Positions 52,712 through 61,367 of a stretch of DNA of 64,000 bases are shown piece by piece. Position numbers and translations under genes: made by a program. Origin of the DNA: Gemmatimonadaceae bacterium (GTDB lineage Bacteria; Gemmatimonadota; Gemmatimonadetes; Gemmatimonadales; Gemmatimonadaceae); NCBI GenBank assembly GCA_045803545.1, contig JBJMOW010000005.1:384001-448000 (forward strand), given 5' to 3'. Position 1 is the stretch's first letter. Each line of letters begins with the position of its first letter. Below the pieces are notes generated by a model. It saw only the letters and a list, made by a program, of their open reading frames with translations. It ran no database searches and was not told the DNA's origin.

Positions 52712-54082
52712 CTAGAGTCCCGTTTCGGGGAATGATTCGATCGTTTTCTTGAGGAACGCCATGAACTGGTCGGCGACCGCGCCGTCAATCACGCGGTGAT
52801 CGAACGAAAGTGAAAAGTACGCGCAGGTTCGAATCGCAATCACGTCTTCGCCCTCTGTTCCGGTGAGGACTTTGGGGCGCTTCTCGATCGCACCGACGCC
52901 GAGGATGGCGACTTGTGGCTGATTGATGATTGGCGTTCCCATCAACGAACCGAACACGCCTGGATTGGTGATGGTGAAAGTCCCTTCCTGTACTTCCTCG
53001 GGCGACAGCTTCTTGGCGCGCGCACGTGCCGCGAGATCGTTGAGCGCGCGAGTGATGCCGGAGATAGAGAGATCATCGGCGTGCTTGATCACAGGAACGA
53101 TTAGTCCCCAATCGAGCGCAACCGCGATGCCGATGTTCATCTGCTTCCGATAGATGACGTTATTGCCGGCGACAGACGAGTTCATTATCGGAAACGCTTT
53201 CAAGCCGTCGGTGACAGCTTTGATGATGAACGGCATGTAGGTCAGCTTCTGACCGTTGGCCGCCTCGAACTCCGCCCGCTTCTTGGCGCGAATGCGCGCG
53301 ACGCGTGTGAAATCGATCTCGATAAACGAAGTGACGTGCGCGGAAGTGTGTCGCGAGGCGACCATGTGCTCGCTGATGAGCGCGCGCATTTTGGTCATCG
53401 GCTCGACGACATCACCCGGCCACGGAGCGGGAAGCGGGAAGCGGGAAGCGGAAGGCGCTGCAGTTGCTGGCGCTCCGGATTCGATGAAGCCAAGGATGTC
53501 CCGCTTCGTCACGCGACCAGCCACGCCAGTTCCCTGGAGCGACGAGATATTCACGCCATGTTCCGCCGCGATCTTGCGCACCAGCGGCGACGATTTCGTA
53601 CGAACACGATCCTCGAACGAGTTACCGTTGCCGGAGTGCGAAGCCGCGATCGCCGGGGCACTGGGCTGCTGGCGCGCCGCTGTCGGAACAGGAGTGACTG
53701 ACGCCGAGGAACTGGCACTTGCAGGCATCACCGGCCCCGCCGGGCCGCCGTCTTCCGCGCCGCCTGCGCTTCCCGCTTCCCGCGTCCCGCTTCCCGCTGC
53801 GCCTCCCGCTTCCCGCTTCCCGCTTCCCGCTAACGCACCCTTCTCGGTCTCCAGGCGGGCGACGACAGTCTGGACCTCCACCGTCTCGCCTTCCTTGACA
53901 AGAATCTCCGCGATGACTCCAGCAGCCGGGGCCGGGATCTCGGCGTCGACCTTGTCGGTCGAGATCTCAAAGATCGGCTCGTCGCGCTTCACTTCGTCGC
54001 CCACCTTCTTCAGCCACTTCGAAAGTGTGCCCTCAGCGATCGACTCGCCCATTTGCGGCATGATGATGTCTACACGTGCCAC
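52712..54082 (-). CDS. 2-oxoacid dehydrogenase E2 dihydrolipoamide acyltransferase
   Basis: Lipoyl domain EISTDKVDAEIP, binding domain SSPLVRKIA...GRVTKRDI, catalytic FDHRVIDG; start trimmed to GTG 54082. Confidence 0.95.
   Translation of the reverse strand: MARVDIIMPQMGESIAEGTLSKWLKKVGDEVKRDEPIFEISTDKVDAEIPAPAAGVIAEILVKEGETVEVQTVVARLETEKGALAGSGKREAGGAAGSGTREAGSAGGAEDGGPAGPVMPASASSSASVTPVPTAARQQPSAPAIAASHSGNGNSFEDRVRTKSSPLVRKIAAEHGVNISSLQGTGVAGRVTKRDILGFIESGAPATAAPSASRFPLPAPWPGDVVEPMTKMRALISEHMVASRHTSAHVTSFIEIDFTRVARIRAKKRAEFEAANGQKLTYMPFIIKAVTDGLKAFPIMNSSVAGNNVIYRKQMNIGIAVALDWGLIVPVIKHADDLSISGITRALNDLAARARAKKLSPEEVQEGTFTITNPGVFGSLMGTPIINQPQVAILGVGAIEKRPKVLTGTEGEDVIAIRTCAYFSLSFDHRVIDGAVADQFMAFLKKTIESFPETGL
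53427..53454. repeat. GCGGGAA tandem repeat in the second E2 linker
   Basis: gcgggaa x3 plus gcggaag; encodes SASRFPLPA. Confidence 0.85.
53767..53831. repeat. CGCTTCC tandem repeat (about 9 units) in the first E2 linker
   Basis: cgcttcc cgcttcc cgcgtcc cgcttcc cgctg cgcctcc cgcttcc x3; encodes GSGKREAGGAAGSGTREAGS. Confidence 0.9.
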
Positions 54083-54086
54083 CGCT

Positions 54087-54371
54087 TCACCTCTTCCGGT
54101 TGTCCTGTTTGACAGGCCGATTGAGCCGTCGCAATGCAAGGAAAGGTAGCGACAAGGCTCCAATTACGGCGCCGATTCCAGCATATACCCACCAGTTGCA
54201 TGCCGGAAGCCCTTCCGGCGGCTGACATCCCTGAGCGCCGCCGACGAATTTCGCAACGAATACGGCGAGCATTCCACCGCTGAAAAACCCGACCATCGCG
54301 GTGAGACAGCCCACTCCAACGTTGCGCGCTGCCACTTCGGAGCGCGTGAATGGCGGCGGCGGTGCCGCCAT
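54087..54371 (-). CDS. Small two-TM membrane protein
   Basis: ATG overlaps the E1-beta stop; two hydrophobic spans around CQPPEGLPAC. Confidence 0.72.
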   Translation of the reverse strand: MAAPPPPFTRSEVAARNVGVGCLTAMVGFFSGGMLAVFVAKFVGGAQGCQPPEGLPACNWWVYAGIGAVIGALSLPFLALRRLNRPVKQDNRKR

Positions 54372-55348
54372 CAGTACGCTGCCAGCTTCCGCAGCGCGAG
54401 CGCGATGTCGGACGTCTGCGGCAGCACGTAATCCTCGAGCGGCGGCGAATACGGCAGCGGTACATCGGCCGCCGTGACGCGCAGGATCGGCGCATCGAGC
54501 CATTCGAACGCGCTCTCGTTAATCCGCGCTGTGATCTCGCCTGCGACGCCACCAGTTCGAGTATCCTCGTGCACGATCAGCACCCTATTGGTTTTCTTGA
54601 CAGTGGCGATGATCGCCTCGTCGTCCATCGGGAGCAACGACCGCAAGTCGAGAACCTCCACCGACAACCCGTCTTCCTTCTCGACCCGCTCAGCCGCTTC
54701 GAGCGCCTTCCAGACCGTAGCAGCGTAGGTGATGATCGAGACGTCGGTGCCCTCTCTCGCCAGGCGCGCTTTGCCGATCGGTACAACGTGATCGCCGCTG
54801 GGCATTTCTTCCTTGATCCGCCGATAGAGATACTTGTGCTCGAAGAAGAGCACACAGTCGTCGTCGCGAATTGCCGATTTGAGCAATCCTTTGGCGTCGC
54901 TCGCCGTCGCCGGATAAACCATCTTCAGGCCGGGGGTGTGCAGAAATGCAGCTTCCGGGTTCTGCGAATGGAACGGCCCACCGCGCACGTAGCCGCCGCT
55001 GGGGCCGCGCACCACCATCGGACACGGCAGCATCGCGCGATATCTCGCCGTGGCGACGTAGTTGGTGAGCATGTCGTATCCGGTCGAGATGAAGTCGATG
55101 AACTGCATCTCGGCGACAGGGCGCAATCCCATGTGCGCCGCGCCGGCCGCAGCGCCGACGATCGCCGCCTCCGAGATGGGAGTGTCGATTACGCGCTGCT
55201 CGCCGAATTTGGCCATCAAGCCTTCTGTAACCTTGAACGCGCCGCCGTAGGCACCGATGTCTTCGCCGAGGCAGAAGACGTTTTTGTCGCGCTCCATCTC
55301 CTCGAACAGAGCTTCGCGAATCGCCTCGAGATAGGTGATCTCAGGCAT
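54371..55348 (-). CDS. 2-oxoacid dehydrogenase E1 beta subunit
   Basis: ITYLEAIREAL, GEDIG, DTPISE, EMQFIDF, FHSQ, FFEHKYLY; start trimmed to ATG 55348. Confidence 0.96.
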   Translation of the reverse strand: MPEITYLEAIREALFEEMERDKNVFCLGEDIGAYGGAFKVTEGLMAKFGEQRVIDTPISEAAIVGAAAGAAHMGLRPVAEMQFIDFISTGYDMLTNYVATARYRAMLPCPMVVRGPSGGYVRGGPFHSQNPEAAFLHTPGLKMVYPATASDAKGLLKSAIRDDDCVLFFEHKYLYRRIKEEMPSGDHVVPIGKARLAREGTDVSIITYAATVWKALEAAERVEKEDGLSVEVLDLRSLLPMDDEAIIATVKKTNRVLIVHEDTRTGGVAGEITARINESAFEWLDAPILRVTAADVPLPYSPPLEDYVLPQTSDIALALRKLAAY

Positions 55349-56471
55349 CGTGCGTCCCCCAGCTCGACGGTCGCTCGTGCTTTTCCACCGCGGACTTGAT
55401 TCCCTGCCTGAACCAAAGTGGAGAGAGCTCGGGGGGCTCCGCGTAAATCCCGACGAGGCAATCCGTCGGATCCGGCATCGGTGATGCTTCCGCTTCATCG
55501 GTCGCGACGTCGATCTCGCTCTTGACTCGCGCGTCGATCGTATCGAGCTCGCTCTGCAGAATTCCTTCGTCGAGCAATCGTTTTACATAACGATCGACCG
55601 GATCGTTCTCGCTCGCCCAGCGATCGATTTCGCCCGCCGGCACGTACGACTGATTGTCGTGTTCAGCGTGCCCTTTGCGGCGATACGTCATCAGCTCTAT
55701 CAGCGTGACGCCCTCGCCCGCGCGGGCGCGGTCCACCGCCCGCTTGGTGACTTCGTAGGTCGCGATCACGTCGTTGCCGTCCGCTTGCTCACCGACGATG
55801 CCGTATCCGCTCGCCTTGTCCACCAACTGGCGCGCCGCCGTTTGCTTCTTCAACGGCGTGGAGTACGCATATCCGTTGTTCTCGACTATCACGACCAGTG
55901 GACAGCGTTGCACGGCGGCGAAATTGATTCCTTCGTGGAAGGCGCCGGTCGATGTCGCGCCATCGCCGACATACACCAGTCCAACTCGATCCTCTTTTCG
56001 CATCTTGAACGACAGTGTGACGCCCGCCATCACGGGCACCATGTCGCCCAAGTGCGAGATCTGGCCGATGAACCCGCGCACGAGATCGCCGTAGTGGATG
56101 TTCAGCTCGCGACCGCGCGTCGGCGAATCTCCTTTCGCCATGTATTGCTTGATAATCTCGGCCGGCTTCGCGCGCTGAACGAGCATCGATCCGAGGTTTC
56201 GGATCAGCGGCGACAGGATGTCCCCCTTCGACCGGTCGAGCGCGTACGCGCTGCCCACGGAGTCCGCCTCCTGGCCGAGCGAGCGAAAAAGTCCGCCGAT
56301 TACTTTGGTCTGGCGATAAAGATTGACCAGCCGCTCTTCGAGCGACCGCGTCAGGCGCATGTAGTAATAGAGCTCGATCCGCTGCTCTGGCGTCAGCGTC
56401 ACCGGCGCGCCGTCAGCGCGCTCCTTGTTCAAACTTGCGGGACGCGACGCGGTTGTGCCGGACCGCGCCAT
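55341..56471 (-). CDS. 2-oxoacid dehydrogenase E1 alpha subunit
   Basis: GQEA, TPP motif GDGATS...ENN, TYRRKGH; start trimmed to ATG 56471. Confidence 0.95.
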   Translation of the reverse strand: MARSGTTASRPASLNKERADGAPVTLTPEQRIELYYYMRLTRSLEERLVNLYRQTKVIGGLFRSLGQEADSVGSAYALDRSKGDILSPLIRNLGSMLVQRAKPAEIIKQYMAKGDSPTRGRELNIHYGDLVRGFIGQISHLGDMVPVMAGVTLSFKMRKEDRVGLVYVGDGATSTGAFHEGINFAAVQRCPLVVIVENNGYAYSTPLKKQTAARQLVDKASGYGIVGEQADGNDVIATYEVTKRAVDRARAGEGVTLIELMTYRRKGHAEHDNQSYVPAGEIDRWASENDPVDRYVKRLLDEGILQSELDTIDARVKSEIDVATDEAEASPMPDPTDCLVGIYAEPPELSPLWFRQGIKSAVEKHERPSSWGTHDA

Positions 56472-56472
56472 G

Positions 56473-56766
56473 TTAGTACGCCGCTTCGATGCGGTGTCGA
56501 GGATCGCCCGTCTTGTGCAGGGCGACGAAAAACTTCTTGGCGTTGCGATCCAGCCTGCTTTCACCCGTCTGATCGGTATCGATCTCGACGAAGGTGTAAT
56601 GGCCGCCTTCCTTGCGCACACTCAGTGACAGATTCCCCAAATCACCAGCAAATGTACGGGAACGTGCAGTGTGCCCGGATCGCTCCATGCCGATTTCCGG
56701 GAAGAATTCATCAGCGATGCGCAGCACTTCGACCGGCACCAGCTGTGTCCGAAAAAAATGTCTCAT
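56473..56766 (-). CDS. Hypothetical protein
   Basis: ORF tiling the operon gap; start trimmed to MRHFFRT. Confidence 0.68.
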   Translation of the reverse strand: MRHFFRTQLVPVEVLRIADEFFPEIGMERSGHTARSRTFAGDLGNLSLSVRKEGGHYTFVEIDTDQTGESRLDRNAKKFFVALHKTGDPRHRIEAAY

Positions 56767-56774
56767 CTCGAGTG

Positions 56775-57230
56775 TCAGGTTCCTGGCTCTGCCGACGCCG
56801 GATGAACAGTTTGAATCCAGTCGACGCGCTCGAGCGGAAGGCTGGGATCGCGACGGAATTGAATCGCTGCGGCCCAATCGCCAACGGTCGGGAAAAACAA
56901 GCGCGCGGAGTAGGTGCCCAACTCCTTCTCTTTCGCGAAACCGTCGTTGGTATTGGCGCGGTCGGGGCTGGTGGCGAAAATGCGCCCCTCACCATTCTCG
57001 ATGGGCTGCCGCGTCTTTTTATCCTGAACGACGACGCGATATACGACCTGCTCCAGCGCGCGCGGCGGCATCGGATCCTCAGTCACAGTAAACGCGTAAG
57101 AATCCGACCACAGTCTCAGTTGGAGTGCCTTCGGGTTCGGGCTGCAGGTGGCTGGGACGAGTGCGAGGCTGCAGACGAGAAGAAGTCGCTTCCATCTTCT
57201 CGCATCCCGCCTCCCGCTTCCCGCCCTCAT
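56775..57230 (-). CDS. Putative exported/lipoprotein, possibly YtkA/FixH-like
   Basis: Hydrophobic span ending PATC; GTYSA.L.FP..G.W pattern; ATGA overlap with ino1. Confidence 0.6.
   Translation of the reverse strand: MRAGSGRRDARRWKRLLLVCSLALVPATCSPNPKALQLRLWSDSYAFTVTEDPMPPRALEQVVYRVVVQDKKTRQPIENGEGRIFATSPDRANTNDGFAKEKELGTYSARLFFPTVGDWAAAIQFRRDPSLPLERVDWIQTVHPASAEPGT
57187..57225. repeat. Degenerate 7-bp tandem repeat right after the ino1 stop
   Basis: cgcttcc atcttct cgcatcc cgcctcc cgcttcc cgcc. Confidence 0.8.
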
Positions 57231-58561
57231 GACGCGTAGTACTCCAGCCCAAGGTGGGTGATCTGATCCTCACCCATCAAATGCCGGAGCGTGTTCTTCA
57301 GTTTGGTCTGCTGAATGAACAGATCGTGTTCCGGCTGCAGTCCGGGCGCAGCCATCGGACTCTTGTAATAGAAGGACAGCCACTCCTGGATGCCCTTCAT
57401 CCCCGCGCGCTGGGCGAAATCGCTGAACAGAGCGAGATCGAGCACAATCGGCGCGGCGAGAATCGAGTCACGACAAAGGAAGTTGATCTTGATCTGCATC
57501 GGATAGTTCATCCACCCGACGATGTCGATGTTGTCCCAGCCTTCCTTGTTGTCGCCGCGCGGTGGGTAGTAGTTGATGCGCACCACGTGCGAGAAATCCT
57601 TGTACAGGTCAGGATAGAGCTCGGGCTGCAGAATCGTGTGTAGCACGCTCAGTTTCGACTCTTCCTTCGTCTTGAACGACTGTGGATCGTCGAGCACTTC
57701 GCCGTCGCGATTGCCGAGGATGTTGGTGGAATACCAGCCGGTGAGTCCGAGCATGCGCGCCTTGAGTCCCGGCGCAACGACCGTCTTCATCCACGTCTGG
57801 CCGGTCTTGAAATCCTTGCCAGAAATCGGCACGCCACGATCGATGGCGAGCTTTTGCAGCGCCGGTGTGTCGACGCAGAGATTCGGGGCGCCGTTGGCGA
57901 AGGGCACTCCCTCCATGATCGCCGCGTAGGCATACAGCATCGATGGTGCGATGGCGTCGTCGTTTTTCTCCATCGCCTTTTCGAATTGCTCGATCGTCGC
58001 GTGCTGCGGACCAGCCTTGATGAAAATCTCAGTCGACGCGCACCACACGATGACGATGCGATCACACTTGTTCCGCGTCTTGAAGTCCCTGATATCCTGA
58101 CGCAGCTGCTCAGCGAGATCGCGTTTGGTCTTTCCTTTCTTCACGTTGGTGCCGTGAATGCGGGTGACGTATTTGTTCTCGAACACCGCCGGCATCGGCT
58201 TGATGGCTTTCAGGAAATCGGCGATCGGCTCAATGTCCTTTTCCTCGAGCACGCCCGCTTTGCGCGCAGCGGTCAAGGCGTCATCGGGAATCGGATCCCA
58301 CGCGCCGAATACAATGTCGTTGAGGTCTGCGAGCGGAACGAACTCCTTGATCAGTGGCGCGCGCTTGTCGGTGCGCTTCCCGAGGCGGATCGTCGCCATC
58401 TGCGTCAGGGAACCGATCGGACGCGAGCGTCCGCGGCGTATGCTTTCGACCCCGGCCATGAAGGTGGTCGCTACTGCGCCAAGGCCCGGCGTGATAATGC
58501 CCAGTCGGCCCTTTGCGGGGGCGACCGATTTAGAAGAGTCACCAGAAGAGGATCTGGCCAA
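57227..58561 (-). CDS. ino1: myo-Inositol-1-phosphate synthase
   Basis: GLGAVATT, GKDFKTGQT, NILGNRDG, GDNKEGWD, CRDSILAAP. Confidence 0.95.
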   Translation of the reverse strand: MARSSSGDSSKSVAPAKGRLGIITPGLGAVATTFMAGVESIRRGRSRPIGSLTQMATIRLGKRTDKRAPLIKEFVPLADLNDIVFGAWDPIPDDALTAARKAGVLEEKDIEPIADFLKAIKPMPAVFENKYVTRIHGTNVKKGKTKRDLAEQLRQDIRDFKTRNKCDRIVIVWCASTEIFIKAGPQHATIEQFEKAMEKNDDAIAPSMLYAYAAIMEGVPFANGAPNLCVDTPALQKLAIDRGVPISGKDFKTGQTWMKTVVAPGLKARMLGLTGWYSTNILGNRDGEVLDDPQSFKTKEESKLSVLHTILQPELYPDLYKDFSHVVRINYYPPRGDNKEGWDNIDIVGWMNYPMQIKINFLCRDSILAAPIVLDLALFSDFAQRAGMKGIQEWLSFYYKSPMAAPGLQPEHDLFIQQTKLKNTLRHLMGEDQITHLGLEYYAS

Positions 58562-58578
58562 AGTTTTCTCCGTGCTTG

Positions 58579-59313
58579 CTATGATTGAGCGCGGCGGGAC
58601 GCCGGCATTGCCGCCTTTGCGGCGGGAGCGGAAGGATTGGCGGCGCTTGATGGATCGCTGACCATCCGGATCGGTTTAGCATCGCGCGCTTTCGTCGCGC
58701 GGTAAACGTAGAGTATGCGCTGAACTGCAGTGATCCACGCCGTCACGGTCAGCAGGAGTATGATTCCCATCAGCACCCAGCCATTCCAGAACAGGCCAAA
58801 AAAAGACTGAGGCACCGAAAGCAGCACCATACGCTCCGGTCGCTGCATCAGTCCGACCTTCGCGTCGATGCCAAGCGTCTCGGCACGAGCGCGAGTATAC
58901 GAGATGAGAAAGGTGCCGATGATGCAGACAAGGCAGACCACCACCATCGCCAGGTTGTGATGGATCGCGTTGGTCGCGTAGAAGAACGCCAGGCCCGCCA
59001 TCAGGGCACCATCGGCGACGCGATCCAAGGTCGAGTCGTAGAACGCTCCGAACACGCTCGACCGGCCGGTGCGACGCGCGACCTCGCCGTCCGCGACATC
59101 GAAGAAGGCCGTGACATTCATGATCCAGCCGGCGGTCATGATGTGACCGGTCGCGTAAACGACGCTCGCCGCGATGGTTAACAGCGTGCCAACGGTGGTG
59201 ATGGTGTTGGGGCTGACGTTGTGCCGCGCCAGGAATGCAATCGCCGGCTCGATGGCACGCAGCGCTCCGTTTTTTACGTAGTCAGTCGGTTGCTTTACGT
59301 AACGTGGGGGCAT
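58579..59313 (-). CDS. CDP-alcohol phosphatidyltransferase (PIP synthase-like)
   Basis: SPNTIT, DVADGEVAR...GAFYDSTLD, ISYTRARAE, GLMQRPER. Confidence 0.92.
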   Translation of the reverse strand: MPPRYVKQPTDYVKNGALRAIEPAIAFLARHNVSPNTITTVGTLLTIAASVVYATGHIMTAGWIMNVTAFFDVADGEVARRTGRSSVFGAFYDSTLDRVADGALMAGLAFFYATNAIHHNLAMVVVCLVCIIGTFLISYTRARAETLGIDAKVGLMQRPERMVLLSVPQSFFGLFWNGWVLMGIILLLTVTAWITAVQRILYVYRATKARDAKPIRMVSDPSSAANPSAPAAKAAMPASRRAQS

Positions 59314-59509
59314 TCAGCTCAGGCCGGCGGTAAGCGAAGCTAGCCGACTTGCCGGATCGCCGGCTGACGGCAAAAAAAGAGGCCGGCGCTGGATATGCGA
59401 CGGCCGGGTAAACTTAAGCCCTTCAATGACCTATTTCCACCCAAGGGTCCCGGTCCCGACATCTCTCGGCACCGTAGCCGCAGGAATCGGACGACCGGAA
59501 CGCGATGCG

Positions 59510-59839
59510 TCAGGGTAGTCGCCAATCGTACATCGAGTTCAACGTCACGTTGCTCTTCGTATAGGTGCGAGTTCCGTCGACCGTCACCGCCTTGAGATTC
59601 ACTGTCGAGCCGGCCGCCACTCCCGAAACCGGAATGTGCTCGACGGTATTCGCCGCAACCTGCTTGAGGAAAATGTCGCTGGCCCCGCTCTGAACGTACA
59701 CGTTGACCGGCTGACTGAGATTATTGGTGACGTGGAGCGCGACGTCGGCGGCCGGCTCCGGTCCAGTCCGCACTTCGACTTGCCGTCCCGAGCACGCAGC
59801 AGCCGCGACCAGCGACAGCGAGAGCATCAATGCCCGCAT
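59510..59839 (-). CDS. Small lipoprotein of unknown function
   Basis: MRALMLSLSLVAAAAC lipobox; start trimmed to ATG 59839 with GGAGG. Confidence 0.78.
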   Translation of the reverse strand: MRALMLSLSLVAAAACSGRQVEVRTGPEPAADVALHVTNNLSQPVNVYVQSGASDIFLKQVAANTVEHIPVSGVAAGSTVNLKAVTVDGTRTYTKSNVTLNSMYDWRLP

Positions 59840-59934
59840 TCGTTGCCTCCGAGATCTTTGTTTGTGATGGCGCAATTCGGTGCAAGCCCCAGGCCGCCGG
59901 CCCACAGCGACCGCGCTCGCGGCAACCGGTTTTC

Positions 59935-61230
59935 TTACTTGTAAATTAGATACTGCCGCGTCGATTCCCTGAAGGCGTATGCTGCCTTGTATTCTCGATC
60001 GATGATGATGTCCGGATCGTCACCACGCAACAATGCGATGCGATCCTGCGGCGAACCAAAGCGGAGATCGAACGCCCGCGCGTCGATCGTCAAACGACTC
60101 CCGGCGGTGCGGTTGATCGCCCACAAGAGTGAAGCACCGACGCGCGCCGCCTGCAGTGCGCTGCGGCTGATGACCTGAATTCGAATTCCCGGGATGCTCT
60201 GTCCGTTGTACTTCCCGTCCGTCGGATTCACCGGCGTGAAGTTCTCCGCGTAAAAGCGGACGCCGGGTATTTCGCGATCGCGAAGGATGGCAACCGTCGC
60301 CGCAGCGTTCAGCCATGGCGCGCCGACCCGCTGAAACGCGCCGTCTGTTCCCCGTCCGACCGAGAGATTCGTCGCCTCGAACGCGACGAGACCCGGGTAG
60401 AGCATCGCGCTCTGTAGCGAAGGCATGTTTGGCGACGGCTTCACCCACGGCAGACCAGTGAGATCGAACCACACGTCGCGGCGCCAACCCTGCGCCGGCA
60501 CCACGTGCAGGTCAGCGCGAATCTTCAGCACCTCGTTGAAGTACCGAGCTAGCTCGCCCATCGTCATCCCGTGCCGCAGCGGCATTGGCCATAATGCGTA
60601 AGCCTGACCTGCACGCTCCGGCGTCGGATCCTCGGGATTCGCGAGCGCGCTATCGAGCAGCGGACCTTCAATCAAGTAACCGGTTATCGGGTTCGGGCGA
60701 TCGAGCACAATGATGGGTTTCCCTGTCCTCTTCGCCGCACGCATCGAGTAAACCATCGCGCCGACATAAGTCCACGTCCGGGTCCCAATGTCCTGAAGGT
60801 CGAAGACGAGCGCGTCGAGCTTTGCCAGCATGGTGTCCGGCGGTGCGATGGTTTGCTGCCCGTAGAGAGAGAATACCGGCAATCCACTTTGCGTATCGAC
60901 TCCGCTGGCAATGTTCTGGCGATCCTCAGTCCCACGCAACCCATGCTCTGGAGAGAAAAGCTGGACCAGGTTCACACTCGCGTCTCGCGCTTTTTTCTCC
61001 CGTAACATGTCGATGTCGGATCTGCCGCGCTCATCGACCCCCGTCTGATTGGTCAACAAGCCAATCCGCTTGCCGCGAATCAGGTTGATGCTGTCGCCGA
61101 TCAAGACGGTGATGCCCGGCCTGACTTTGGCCTCGGCGAGGTCGCCGGTCGGGTCGATCTGCTTGGCAGTTACAACGCAGCCACTGCAGATTGCGGTCGC
61201 CACTGCGAGCGGCTGAAGGTATCGCCTCAT
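59935..61230 (-). CDS. namZ: Exo-beta-N-acetylmuramidase NamZ family (DUF1343), probable lipoprotein
   Basis: GLLTNQTG, FSPEHG, FDLQDIGTR, LDRPNP, RHGMTMGE, PSPNMP, SVGRGT. Confidence 0.9.
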   Translation of the reverse strand: MRRYLQPLAVATAICSGCVVTAKQIDPTGDLAEAKVRPGITVLIGDSINLIRGKRIGLLTNQTGVDERGRSDIDMLREKKARDASVNLVQLFSPEHGLRGTEDRQNIASGVDTQSGLPVFSLYGQQTIAPPDTMLAKLDALVFDLQDIGTRTWTYVGAMVYSMRAAKRTGKPIIVLDRPNPITGYLIEGPLLDSALANPEDPTPERAGQAYALWPMPLRHGMTMGELARYFNEVLKIRADLHVVPAQGWRRDVWFDLTGLPWVKPSPNMPSLQSAMLYPGLVAFEATNLSVGRGTDGAFQRVGAPWLNAAATVAILRDREIPGVRFYAENFTPVNPTDGKYNGQSIPGIRIQVISRSALQAARVGASLLWAINRTAGSRLTIDARAFDLRFGSPQDRIALLRGDDPDIIIDREYKAAYAFRESTRQYLIYK

Positions 61231-61367
61231 TGATTTTTGTCCCGTAAGTTGATCTTGTTGGGTGGTACCAAATGATACTCTGTCGCGTCCTTTTACGTCG
61301 GGGCTGCGCGAGACGCAGCAATCGCAAACGTCTTGCCTAGCCAGTTTGCCACCTCAATCCATTTGAT

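Noticed and set aside
59314..59509. Possible ncRNA or riboswitch upstream of the phosphatidyltransferase
   Set aside because: Only a weak ggccg stem with a U-tract; no recognisable aptamer motif.
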